This document shows, piece after piece, positions 1 through 11,803 of a stretch of 64,000 bases of DNA. The number at the start of each line of letters is the position of its first letter. Within the stretch, counting starts at the first letter, position 1. A program made the position numbers and the translations under genes. The notes under the pieces are model-generated. The model was not told the DNA's origin. It worked only from the letters and a program-made list of their open reading frames with translations, and did not search any database. The DNA comes from Octopus sinensis. Lineage: Eukaryota. The DNA lies in NCBI RefSeq assembly GCF_006345805.1, contig NC_043018.1, positions 15,996,001 to 16,060,000 of the forward strand, given 5' to 3'.

Positions 1-661
1 GAGGGGTAAAAAAATTTTTTTTATATAATCATATGAATTCCTGTGTCTGGAATTTGCAAACGTTTTCTGAAAATTCCAAGCAAATAACAGTATTATGAAG
101 GGTTATACGGAGTGCTTAAACCAGAATTCTACTTTTGATATATATGTTTCTGAGACTGGTCCTCATATAAACTTTCTGTTTTACACTAATCTCAATTAAA
201 AATTTCATTAAAATAATTGTGTTCCAAACACCTGCTTAATATTTACAAAATTATCTTGCTAAAATTCTTCATTCTTCTCAAAATCAGTTGACAGAAAGGC
301 AGTTCATTTCCACAGAAATATAGTTGACAAGGGTTAAAATGGTCTAAAAACCTTCCATCAGAATTTGATGCTAACTTGTTCCAAATATCAGTTTAATAAT
401 TTATTTGACAAAATTTATTGAAACAAAGGCAATGTATTTCAACAGAAATATGGTAACAAAAGGGTTAAAGTGATCTAAATTAAAACTTTCCATGAAAATT
501 TCATTTTAAAATAATTATGTTTCAAACAGCTTAATAATTACAAAATTGCTTTGCTAAATTCTTCATTATTTTTAAAACTAATTGAAACAAATCTGTTAAT
601 TTCAACAGTAATATATTAACAAAACTGTCCATTCAACTCTAACCTATCTCTTTGTTTTTAG

Positions 662-742
662 TTCAAGAAGTTTTCTGATCGTGTTGCTGCAGTAAAGATC
701 GATGTTGTACATAAGATACGACAACCAACAGAAGACAGTGAG
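662..742 (+). CDS. UTP20: UTP20 exon 1 (window numbering)
   Basis: tttag|TTC...GAG|gtaag; FKKFSDRVAAVKIDVVHKIRQPTEDSE; phase 0/0. Confidence 0.88.
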
Positions 743-830
743 GTAAGAATATTTTCATCTTTGGATTTCACACATCAGCATTACCACAGAAAAATTGTGA
801 TTACAGTTTTTGTAAATCTTTTCTTATATA

Positions 831-1215
831 GGCGCAGGAGTGGCTGTGTGGTAAGTAGCTTGTCTACCAACCACATGGTTCTGGGTTCAGTCCCACTGTG
901 TGGCACCTTGGGCAAGTGTCTTCTACTATAGCCTTGGGCCGACCAAAGCTTTGTGAATGGATTTGGTAGACAGAAACTGAAAGAAGCCCGTTGTATATAT
1001 ATGTTTGCATTTGTGTGTCTGTATTTTTCCCCTAGCATTGCTTGACAACCGATGCTGGTGTGTTTATGTCCCCGTTACTTAGTGGTTCAGCGAAAGAGAC
1101 GGATAGAATAAGTACTGGGCTTACAAAAGAATAAGTCCCGGGGTCAAGTTGCTCATTTAAAGGCGGTGCTCCAGCATGGCCGCAGTCAAATGACTGAAAC
1201 AAGTAAAAGAGTAAA
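831..1215 (+). mobile_element. SINE family A (tRNA-like head, internal AT/GT microsatellite, AAAAGAGT tail)
   Basis: A-box-like TGGCTGTGTGG and B-box-like GGTTCAGTCCC; more than 10 similar copies in the window. Confidence 0.8.
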
Positions 1216-1235
1216 GGGTATATCCTCTTGATTAA

Positions 1236-1560
1236 ACTGTATGGAGTGCAATGTTACCTGGTAGTGAGATGTGCGCCCTGAATGCAGAGGACATGCTCTG
1301 CTGGATGTGTGATGTCAGTGTCTGTGTGTGTGATGGGGCATTGGTGTATTGAGGGAGAAGTTGGGCATAAGAGGGATTATATGCAGTGTGCAAGAGAGGA
1401 GACTGCGCTGGTTTGATCATGGGATGCAAAAAAAGTGCTGATTACTTGGAGGGAAGTTGTGAAAGAGGGGGACCCAAGAAGACATAGGACAAAGTTTTGA
1501 AGGTTCATCTCAAAATGCTGAGCCTTACAAAGGAGGTGACTGAGGACTGAGATAAGTGGT
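1236..1560 (+). pseudogene. Older RTE-like LINE 3' fragment
   Basis: Similar to 15150-15530 (gagaagttgggcataagagg...gtgcaagagaggagactgcgctgg). Confidence 0.6.
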
Positions 1561-1671
1561 GCATTGGAATGAACCCAAAACCCTGTGGTTTGAAGCAGAT
1601 TTTCTAACCACACATTCATACCTGCACCTTTATTTATATGCTTATTATTATTATCTTCTTTTTTTCTTCAG

Positions 1672-1738
1672 GATTATGAAACATATTTTCAGGCTGCCCT
1701 CATTAAATGGACTTCCCTCAATCATACAAATGACTACA
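1672..1738 (+). CDS. UTP20: UTP20 exon 2
   Basis: ttcag|GAT...A|gtaag; DYETYFQAALIKWTSLNHTNDY; phase 0/1. Confidence 0.9.
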
Positions 1739-3033
1739 GTAAGTGTTTTACCAATCCTGCAACCCCTCTGCTTCTTATTGAATGGTCTGCTCTAGACCAT
1801 CCAAATTACTATAGTATTTTAGCTATGTTGTTACATCTCATTAAATGGACTGCTCTAAACTATATAATTGACAACTGTATTTCAGTCATTCTGTTAACCC
1901 CTCCTCATTAAAGTGGACTGATCTCAACTAGCCAAAGGACAACAGAGTATATATTAGTTTTAACACTCATCATTAAATGGACTATGCGAGGTGGCGGAAC
2001 TGTTAGCACGCTGGGCGAAATGCTTAGAGGTATTTTGTCTGCTGTTATGTTCTGGGTTCAAATTCTGCCAAGGTCGACTTTGCCTTTCATCCTTTCGGGA
2101 TTGATTAAATAAGTACCAGTTGTGCACTGGGGTTGATGTAATCGACTTAATCCGTTTGTCTGTCCTTGTTTGTCCTCTCTGTGTTTAACCTCTTGTGGGT
2201 AGTAAAGAAATTGGTATTTCTTCTGCCACTATGTTCTGAGTTCAGATTCCGCCGAGGTTGACTTTGCCTGTTGTACTTTCAAGGTTGATAAATTAAGTAC
2301 CAGTTGCATGCTGGGATTGATCTAATTGACTGCCAGCTCCTGTGGCACGTAAAAAGCACCCACTACACTCTCGGAATGGTTGGCATTAGGAAGGGCATCC
2401 AGCTGTAGAAACACTGCCAGATCAGATTGGGGCCTGGTGCAGCCTCCTGGCTTCCCAAACCCCTGTCGAACCGTCCGACCCATGCCAGCATGGAAAACGG
2501 ACGTTAAACGATGATGATATCATTGAAATCTCAAAGCTCTGAGATAATGCGTGATTAATTCAATACAATATGAATAAATAAGCATTTCTTGTGACAGGGT
2601 AATCTGATTGTTATAGAAGTAAACCAGGAAGTTTGTATTGTAGGATCTAAGGCGGAGATGGATATTCAAGGGATTAAGAGATCCCTGGGGTAATGAAGAA
2701 TATGTCTGTGGTTTTGAAGTTTCCTTTTTACAATGTATTTATGCAATAATAAATCTCTGAGCGAGATGTAAACCGTAAGCACTCGACAACGTAAAGTATA
2801 TTAGCCATCTCAATATGACCAACCACTAGGGATGGGTGTTACTGTAGCTTTTTAGCCCCAGGAGATCATCACCTCCAGCTGGCTTTAGACACAATTTCTT
2901 ATCTCTTAAGATATTTGCAATGGGGGGGGGGGTCATCCCCTCTCGAAAACCTAAGTGATACGCATGGACTGCAGTTTCGAGATTATTGTCTCTTGTCAAC
3001 ACACGCTAATCACCGTTTTTTTCTTATTTTCAG

Positions 3034-3095
3034 AGACTTTTGTGGCAGACATTGCTAGCCAGTCGAGAACATTTGTTCAACTTGTTCATCATGAA
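3034..3095 (+). CDS. UTP20: UTP20 exon 3
   Basis: ttcag|AG...GAA|gtaag; (K)TFVADIASQSRTFVQLVHHE; phase 1/0. Confidence 0.92.
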
Positions 3096-4041
3096 GTAAG
3101 ATGTATTTTGTTGCTACATGTTTACATGTGTGTGTGTATGTGCGCATTTACAACTTTGCATGGACACGTATTTGTATTACTATATTGTTTTTTTTTTGCA
3201 TATTTTTATATTGCTACATGTCTAACACTTTAAATTGCTGCCTCTCGTATATCTACATGTTTATCTTTACAATGCTACATGTCAGCATCTCTACAACTTC
3301 CCATATTTCATTGCCAAATGTTTGCATTGCTATATCTTTAGTATTTGCATTGCTACATGCTGTATGGGAAGATGAATGGAGGTATGATGTGTCATCACTA
3401 GTGATTACTCCAAACACCATGATGTTGACTGGATGTTTGATTTTTATCACTCTTGGTACATGTCCTCTGATTGACACCCAAACACTCTAAAATGTTTGTA
3501 TTGGAGTTTCTGGTGCAAATGCCAAGCAGTACAGCATGTCCTTTCCAAATTTGTGGCAGAGTGAATTGCGTCATGGTGCTGGTTTTCTCACAGACGGTGC
3601 CCAGCTGACCCTACTATACTGTGTAGTTGACAAAATCAAAAACAAACAATTTCACATGTGTGAAATTAAAAATATAAAATAGCAACAATTTACCTTGTCA
3701 CACCCTTTTTTGGTTGATGCTTAACATCATTCCTGGAATAACCAAGAAATTTGAATTCGCAGTTAAAGGGTTAACCCTTTAGCATTTAAACCAGCCGTAA
3801 TGAGTTACCTGTTTTATGTTCAATTTTATATTGAAACTGGCCAGATCCAGCCTATCTAACCTAACCTTCAATGCCATTCTAAAAATATACAAATCACATT
3901 GAAATTTCAAAGCTATGAGATAATGCATGGTTTATTTAAAAACAATATGAATGTTAAAGTATTGTGATAGAATAATCCAAATGCTAAACGGTTAAACTTA
4001 TGGCACCACTCAAAGACTTCTGTTTTTTACCTATTTTTCAG

Positions 4042-4112
4042 GACCAGATTGTGGCCACCTTGATAAAGCATCTCTCAGTTCCAGACAGTATGGCATATGA
4101 AGCTCTTCTGGA
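4042..4112 (+). CDS. UTP20: UTP20 exon 4
   Basis: ttcag|GAC...GA|gtaag; DQIVATLIKHLSVPDSMAYEALL(D); phase 0/2. Confidence 0.92.
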
Positions 4113-4479
4113 GTAAGTTTTTTTTTGACATTTTTTCCTTCATGTTTTAGTCTTCCAATTACCATTTTTTGGCATTTCTTCTGCTGCCAATTCTAGTTTT
4201 CATATTAAAAAACCAAATTATTAAATTGTTTTGCGTTATTTCATCAGTTTTTTTTTGGCGGGGGGTTGCTCAGACACCATGAGACGTTTTCAGCTCCCAT
4301 GGGAAACCCGGCATGTACATACATACATACATACACGCACAAACACACATCCACACACACACACAATCACAAAGTATCAACGAGGCTATTACATGTTGTT
4401 ATATATCACTGGTCACAATGCGCTTTGCATTGTTTTATCTTTCAAATGATGTCATTCCATGCCAGTATGAAAAGCAGGT

Positions 4480-4802
4480 ACTAAAGTGTAACCTCTCGAA
4501 AGAGCTGTTCTTCACTCCTGCTCCAGAGCGTCGGCTGCGGGGTCATTCCGAAAAGCTCTATCTGCGACGATTTCATCTCAATCGAAGGAGAGCGGCTTTC
4601 TCCGTCCGGGTTGCAGATCCATGGAATAAGCTGCCAGACGAGATGGTGAGGATGCCAACGACCGCTCGGTTCAAAGTCTCCCTTGACCACAAGTGACCTG
4701 AACTCTTTACATGAACACCACTCTGTACATAACTCCATGTCCCCCTACATGGCCTTGCTTTTTGCTTTTTGAACCAAAAAATTAACTAACTAACTAACTA
4801 AA
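4480..4802 (+). mobile_element. 5'-truncated CR1/L2-type LINE 3' end
   Basis: LRGHSEKL...FSVRVADPWNKLP...FKVSLD is a CR1-like ORF2 C-terminus; (AACT)n tail. Confidence 0.8.
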
Positions 4803-5405
4803 TGATGATGATTGTGTGTGTGTGTCTGTATATAACATCATCATCATCATTATTTAATGTCCACTTACCATGCTGGCATGAGTTGAATGGCTTGACAAGG
4901 AACTGAAGCGCTGCAGGGTTGCATCAGGCTGCAGTATCTTGCTTTGGTATGGTCTCTACAGAGTGTACTTGATGCTTTTTTCGTGAAGTTTCTGTGTAAA
5001 GGAAAAGGGAAAAGCTGCCCCTACTAAGAGAAGTTGGAGGTGAGTGGCTGTAGGCCAGGTGTGGAAAGGTTAAGGACACAGATATTGTGTCGTGTAAGTA
5101 CCTAGAAACGATGTTTCTTGGGGGCTAAAGCAACAGTGACATTGTCCCTTCTAGGATGGCTACATTATCAGAAAGGCTAATGTATGATAGAAGGACAAGC
5201 ACAGATGTGTTGTTGTGGAGGAGATGCTTGGCTGAAGGAGATAAAAGGAAGGAAGGTAGTGATGGGGTGTTAGAGCAAATTGTGAACAAGAGGTGGGGGG
5301 GGGGACATGGATGAACGAAAGAATGAATGCTATTGAATTGTAATATTGGTGTATTGAACTGTATATAATATTGACCGTGTGACTTTGTTCTTTCTTCCAT
5401 TCCAG

Positions 5406-5600
5406 TTTGGTGGTCCAACTTGCCAAAGATCTTCAGCATGATTTCTACAAACACTTCCACAGTGTGTTCAACGTGATGATTGATTTACTCAAAACACATC
5501 CACGAAATGTGCCTCTTCTTGAAATGATCTTCACTTGTCTTTCATATTTATTCAAATTCCTCTGGCGTTATATGGCAAAGGACATCAAAACAGTTTTTGG
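5406..5600 (+). CDS. UTP20: UTP20 exon 5
   Basis: tccag|T...GG|gtaag; LVVQLAKDLQHDFYKHF...SYLFKFLWRYMAKDIKTVF(G); phase 2/2. Confidence 0.96.
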
Positions 5601-5660
5601 GTAAGAAACAAATCCATTCATTTCATCATCGTCATCATCTAATGTCTGTTCTCCATGCTG

Positions 5661-5863
5661 GTATGAGTTGGACAGTTTGACAGGTGCTGTCAAACTGTAT
5701 GAGTTGGACAGTTTGACAGGAGCTGTCAAACTGTATGGGTTGCACAGTTTGACAGAAGCTGTCAAACTGTATGAGTTGGACAGTTTGACACGAGCTGCCA
5801 AACTGTATGAGTTGGGCAGTTTGACACGAGCTGTCAAACTGTATGGGTTGGACAGTTTGACAG
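5661..5863. repeat. 36-bp minisatellite (5 units plus a partial), each unit with a 12-bp hairpin
   Basis: Unit starts at 5661, 5697, 5733, 5769, 5805 and 5841. Confidence 0.9.
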
Positions 5864-6779
5864 GATCTGGTCAGCTGGAGCTACAGTTGTCTGTTTCGGC
5901 AAGGTTTCTATGGCTAGATGCCCTTCCTAATACCAAACATACCACAGAGTGTACTGGGTGCTTTTTACCTGGCACCAGCACCAAATACCATATTTTTTCC
6001 ATGTTGCTCCCACAGTGCAATACTTCAAAGGAATTTGGCACTGGCATTGGTGCAGGTGCTTTTATGTGGCACCACCACAAGTGCTTTTCACGCGACACTG
6101 GCACTTTTTATATTTGAAACGATTAAAAGAAAACCAAACAAATATTTTTTGTGTTATTCTGAGTGGGAGAAGGCCGTCTTCATAGTTCTTGTAGCAACAT
6201 CTTTGAGATTGGTAGAGAGAACTAGATCTTGTCATTCTCAGATTCTCCAAACCAGATCCTAAGCTCCATGTGGCTCCGGCAGAAGGTAATGGCGAACTTC
6301 TGCTGACATCTTCGCCACAACTTTCTCTCATTCTTTCCTCCTGCATCTTGCAGCTCACCTGCGACGGGCCGGCGTCCCGTCCAGGTGAGGAACCTATACA
6401 CCAAGGGAACCGGGGAAACCGGCCCTTATGAGCCAGGCATGGCTCAAGAAGGAACAAACAACACACATATATGAAATGATGTTCATGGCTGCACATTCAA
6501 TACAGTCATAGAAATTAAGTAAAAAACCAAAGGTGGTCACAGATGACCGCTCGGTACTTCTAGTATTAATGTGGGCCCTGCACGAGTGCATTTTTTGCGA
6601 CATCAGCCCTGGTCCCAATTCTGCTGTGGTGGATGGGTCTTCTTGAGTACAATTGTGTTGGTAACCAGTGTTTGCTATGTTGTTGTGTTATTCATGGTTC
6701 TAGCCAAGATTTGAACCTGTGACTCTTCATTTCCATATGTTCCTCATCTTCTTCTATCTCTCCTTTACTCTACCACCAG

Positions 6780-6864
6780 CTACTATTCGCCAATACTTGA
6801 TGCCAACAACAGACCTTACATCCGGAGATTTGCTGCTGAAAGTTTTGGTTTTCTTATCAGAAAG
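6780..6864 (+). CDS. UTP20: UTP20 exon 6
   Basis: accag|C...AAG|gtaaa; YYSPILDANNRPYIRRFAAESFGFLIRK; phase 2/0. Confidence 0.95.
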
Positions 6865-6954
6865 GTAAATAGTTTATTTCTGCTTCTTCACTCTCAAATT
6901 GTGTGCGTGTGTGCACGTGCTGTTCGCGTTGTGTTGTTCCCAGCTGGAAGATAC

Positions 6955-7779
6955 CTATTTCTTTACTACCCACAAGGGGCTGAACACAGAGAGGACAAAA
7001 AGGACAGATACAAGGATTAACCCTTTAGCATTTAAACCGGCCATATCCGGCCAAAAGTATTCTGCCTGTTTTATGTTCAAACTGGCCATATCTGGTCTCT
7101 CACACCAACCCTACAATATCGTTTTAAAAATTAACAGCTACCTCATTAAAATCTCATGGCTACAAGATTAATGAATGATTAGTTCAAAACAATGTGGATG
7201 AAAAAGCATTAATTTTGGCAGAATAATGCGAACACTAAAGGGTTAAGTCAATTAAATCGACCCCAGTGCGTAACTGGTACTTATTTTATCGACCCCGAAA
7301 GGATGAAAGCAAAGTCAACCACGGCGGAATTTGAACTCAGAACGTAGCAGCAGTCGAAATACCTATTTCTTTACTACCCACAAGGGGCTAAACACAGAGA
7401 GGACAAACAAGGACAGATACAAGGATTAAGTCAATTAAATTGACTCCAGTGCGTAACTGGTACTTATTTTATCAACCCCCAAAAGGATGAAAAGCAAAGT
7501 CGACCTCGGCGGAATTTGAACTCCGAACGTAGCAGCAGTCGAAATACCTATTTCTTTACTACCCACAAGGGACTAAACACAGAGAGGACAAACAAGGACA
7601 GATACAAGGATTAAGTCAATTAAATCAACCCCAGTGCGTAACTGGTACTTATATGTTATCGACCCCGAAAGGATGAACGGCAAAGTCGACATCGGCGGAA
7701 TTTGAACTCAGAACATAACGGCAGACGAAATACGGCTACGCATTTCGCCCGGCGTGCTAACGTTTCTGCCAGCTCGCCA
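6955..7779 (-). mobile_element. SINE family B trimer; central domain GCCTTTCATCCTTTCGGGGTCGATAAA resembles the Nin/Deu SINE core; MITE inserted in one unit
   Basis: Three ~190-nt units; one 16-nt TSD pair cccagctgga(a/c)gatac at 6939-6954 and 7780-7795. Confidence 0.8.
7021..7242 (-). mobile_element. piggyBac-like MITE family F (TIR CCCTTTAG...CTAAAGGG, TTAA TSD)
   Basis: Flanked by TTAA at 7017-7020 and 7243-7246; removing it restores the SINE B sequence; near-identical inverse copy at 57544-57764. Confidence 0.85.
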
Positions 7780-8139
7780 CCCAGCTGGACGATACTACTG
7801 GCTCACTTCCTATCCACGAAGCATGTATCCACTGACCAATTACATCTAGCAGCAGGGACAACTTACCATCAACATTTTACATTCTTCAACCTCCACAAGT
7901 TGATGTGAGAAAAACAGAAAAGGAATTTTGGAAAAAGTTTCTAAAAACATTGAATTGCTCTGGGAGTCCATCAGAATAAAAGAGTACTCAAAGGGGTCCA
8001 TAGATAAAAAAAAAAAAATGGTTGAGAACCCCTGGTTTAAATATTAAATGGTTAATCCCCACCCTGCCACAGAGACAGCTTGTGTGCAAGTCTCCTTCAT
8101 ACCTGACCTTGATTATTTAATATATTTTCTGTTTTGCAG

Positions 8140-8199
8140 GTAAAAGACCCAGATCGTGTGTTAGACTTAATCTTTGAAAGTTTCAATCATCGCAGTCAG
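8140..8199 (+). CDS. UTP20: UTP20 exon 7
   Basis: tgcag|GTA...CAG|gtaag; VKDPDRVLDLIFESFNHRSQ; phase 0/0. Confidence 0.9.
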
Positions 8200-8479
8200 G
8201 TAAGTGTGGAATTCTTGGATCTTGCTTTCTTGGTTCTGACAATCACAACTGCCTCAGGTAGACTGAGCTTTCAGCATGGAAATGGAAGCAGTCACATCAA
8301 ATTGATTTTATTATTACTATTATCTACTTGAAAATATAGCCACAAAACACGCATAGTCTTTTTACTAGTGTTTACTATATATTGTTTATGTACTTTATTG
8401 ATTTTTAGAATAAGGTTTTTTTAATAGTATATGTTTTCTATATGGTGTGAATAATGTCTTTCACTATTAAATTGCTTAA

Positions 8480-8698
8480 CCCTTTAGTGTTCAGATTATT
8501 CAATCAAACATAATGCCTATTGATTCACATTGATTTGAATTAATCATGAATTATCTCATATCTTCAAGATCTTGATGGTGTAATTACTTAATGTAGAATA
8601 ACATTGTAGGGTAGGTGTGAGAGCCTGGATCTGGTCAGTTTGAACATAAAACAGATTAACTATTTTGGCCGGATATGGCCGGTTTAAATACTAAAGGG
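8480..8698 (+). mobile_element. piggyBac-like MITE family F
   Basis: TTAA|CCCTTTAG...CTAAAGGG|TTAA. Confidence 0.82.
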
Positions 8699-8957
8699 TT
8701 AATAGAGGTTTCTCTCTAAATTATATCCATATATCATATTTTGTGAAATTTGATTAGAATTGCTAAATTGAATTTTTCCCTGTAAGTTTGGAATTATATT
8801 CCCTATTATTATTACTATTATATATATATATATATATAATGTGGTATTGAGCAGAATATTTGCTGTAGCCCATCTTTTATAACAAGAGAAAACAATGTAC
8901 ATGATAACACTTCCAATTATTATTATTATTATTATTATTTTCTTCTTCTTCTCACAG

Positions 8958-9035
8958 TACATTCTTGGAATTGGACGTTTGTTGTTTGAAGTAATGAAAG
9001 GTGTGCGACAACACATGCACTCTTGTGCAGAAACG
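8958..9035 (+). CDS. UTP20: UTP20 exon 8
   Basis: cacag|TAC...ACG|gtgag; YILGIGRLLFEVMKGVRQHMHSCAET; phase 0/0. Confidence 0.95.
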
Positions 9036-9309
9036 GTGAGACTTCATTTATTTCTTTCGTTATTTTGGCTTCCTTTGATAACCATGCATACAGTACCAGA
9101 CCTGTTATCTGGCTTCCAGAAACCCTAGAATACTGTGCAATATACTGTACCATGTATTGAATAAAAAGACCCTATTTTTGAAGTTGGTTAATTTGTATAT
9201 AATGTGTTAAAATAGTTTTGTTATTTACTTTTCTAAGGGGATCAATAAAAGTTAAATATACCCTGCATTAGAATTGTAGCAATTTGTACCTGTATGTATT
9301 AAATAAAAT

Positions 9310-9640
9310 CATTGCCGTGTCAGTGGCACGTAAAAAGCACCATCCGAATCGTGGCCAAAGCCAGTGCCGCCTCGACTGGCTTCCGTGCCGGTGGCATGTA
9401 AAATGCACCAATCCGACCGTGGCCGATGCCAGCCTCGCCTGGCACCTGTGCAGGTGGCACGTAAAAAGCACCTACTACACTCACGGAGTGGTTGGCGTTA
9501 GGAAGGGCATCCAGCTGTAGAAACATTACCAGATAAGACCGGAGCCTGGTGCAGCCTTCCGGCTTCCCAGATCCCCGGTCGAACCGTCCAACCCATGCTA
9601 GCATGGAGAACGGACGTTAAACGATGATGATGATGATGGT
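9310..9640 (+). mobile_element. Repeat family C: SINE-like with an RTE-type 3' end (GGAAGGGCATCCAGCTGTAGAAAC...GACGTTAAACGATGATGAT)
   Basis: More than 12 copies on both strands, ending in (ATG)n tails. The RTE link is inferred from the tail motif. Confidence 0.7.
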
Positions 9641-9668
9641 GGTGGTATACTAGAGAAACAATTCTTAA

Positions 9669-9889
9669 CTCTTTTGATACCAACCTGCCTGAAACCAGAT
9701 CTGGCTCTGTAGTACAAATGTCTTGTTTTCAAATGTTTTGAATTAAAATCTTCCACCAAACCTTAGTCACAATTTATGTTCCTAACACTAACTTAATGAT
9801 TACTAAGTTATTTTACTAAATTCTTTGTTATATTTAAAATAATTTGAAGAAATACAGAACATCTTAAAATAAATACAGTAGTGAAAGGG
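9669..9889 (+). mobile_element. piggyBac-like MITE family G
   Basis: TTAA flanks, AAAGGG end; relatives at 34311-34531 (-) and 47682-48144. Confidence 0.72.
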
Positions 9890-10326
9890 TTAAGTATTAC
9901 TCATCATCATCATCATCATTTAACATCTATTTTCCATACTGACATGGGTTCTATGGTTTGACTGGAACTGGTAAGCAGGAAGGCTGTACCAGGTTACTGT
10001 CTGATTTGGCTGGGTTTCTACAACTGGATGCCCTTCCTAATGCCAACCACTACTGCATATAACAAAAACAAGTTAACAGTTACAGCTGAACAGAAAGTTT
10101 TCTTCATAGTGGAAGATGTCCGACATCATCACAGCAATAAAACATGTAAGAAAAAACAAAAAAACAAAAATTACGGGAGACTCAAATTCATATTGAGGAC
10201 CCAGGGTAATATTTTGAGACTTTTGTGGAATAAAAATTACGTCTTGAATGTCATGAAATATGGCAATTCTTTTGTCTTGGAATTCCTTGTTTTTACCATA
10301 ATATCTCTTACTTTTACTATTTCCAG

Positions 10327-10494
10327 ATCTTTCCACTGATTCTACAAAGAATCGGTCCACATTCTACGAGCACTGACTCCTCTGAGTCTCCAATATTTCT
10401 CAAAGCTAAAACTTGTATATCTCACATGATGTCCGCAATGTCAGAGCACGTTTCTGGCTCCAACCATTTGGATCCTCTCTGGCCAATACTTTTG
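10327..10494 (+). CDS. UTP20: UTP20 exon 9
   Basis: tccag|ATC...TTG|gtaag; IFPLILQRIGPH...HLDPLWPILL; phase 0/0. Confidence 0.9.
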
Positions 10495-11210
10495 GTAAGT
10501 CATGGAATTGTCTGTCTTTGTCATAATTGGTTTGTTCTTTTTTTTTTTTTTTGTTTTTTTTTATGGTAGCAGAGATTGCAGACGGTCAAGATGGTAGGAG
10601 AATGTCCAGCCACCTGAAAGAGATACAGGTCACAAAACTAGAGTAGCAAGACATGGGGGCCACCAGTGTTAGGATGCTAGGGATTAATGAATCTAGGCAA
10701 ATATTTAGAAAACGCTCAGTGTTAAACGAATTTGCTTAATTATGTGAAACAATGAGACACCAGTGAATTCAAGTAGAATACACATCCAAGGAAATTCCTC
10801 GTGTATGATAAGTAGATCCAATTATTGCTTATATGTGTGTGTGTGTGTGTGTGTGCATGATCATGCGTGACTTATACCTTATGAGCAAAATGGCTGTATG
10901 GTAAGAAGCTTATTGCCCAACTACATGGTTCTAGGTTCAGTCCCACTGCATAGCACCTCTACTATAGCCTCAGGCTGACTAAAGACTTGTGAGTGGAGAT
11001 GGTAGACAGAAACTGAAAGAAGCCCATTGTGTGTGTATGTGCATATGTGTGTGTGTGAGTATGTGTATGTATATATATATATTATATAAAATTAGAGACA
11101 AAACCACCATTAGGCAAATCATACAATGAAAAACTTAAGCCAATACATAAGATTAATTAATTTATATTATTTAAATATATAACAAAATTATTAAAAAAGA
11201 TAATTAGTAT

Positions 11211-11278
11211 AACACTACGATCGTTTCATGGCTGTCCAATTCTTAAAATTTCGAGTTACAGTCATTCTTCAGGTGGTT
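11211..11278 (-). ncRNA. Type I hammerhead ribozyme-like motif with a complete core, in a repeat-derived segment
   Basis: Minus strand: CAC-CTGAAGA-ATGACTGT-(22 nt)-ACAGCCAT-GAAAC-GATC-GTA-GTG. Confidence 0.65.
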
Positions 11279-11489
11279 TAAATATTTAACTTAGCGAGGT
11301 TTTATACACACACACATATATGCATATATATCATCATCATCATCATCATCGTTTAGCGTCCGCTTTCCATGCTAGCATGGGTTGGACGGGTCAACTGGGG
11401 TCTGTGAAGCTGGAAGGCTTCGTCAGGCCCAGTCAGATCTGGCAGTGTTTCTACGGCTGGATGCCCTTCCTAACGCCAACCACACATAT

Positions 11490-11521
<32 letters not shown>

Positions 11522-11803
11522 TATGTGCTGTTTTTGTGTATATGTTTGTCTTCCATCACTGCTTGACAGCTGATGTTGGTGTTTACATCCCTGCAACTTA
11601 GCAGTACAGTAAAAGATACTGATAGAATAAGTACCAGGTTTTTTTTTAAAAAATAAAATACTGGAGTTGATTTCAGAAGTCGGTGCCCCAGCATGGCCAC
11701 AGTCTAACGACAGAAACAAGGGAAAGATAAAAAGTGGACATTTTAAAGAATGAGGAAATCATCTCCTCCACTGATTGTTCTGTTCTGTTTATTTATTTTC
11801 CAG

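Noticed and set aside
1-660. UTP20 start exon or promoter
   Set aside because: The region is AT-rich, decayed MITE-like sequence with no ATG exon resembling the UTP20 N-terminus, so the first exon is probably upstream of the window.
5661-5863. Possible CRISPR-like array (palindromic ~36-bp repeats)
   Set aside because: The units are directly adjacent with no unique spacers, the context is eukaryotic, and there are no cas genes.
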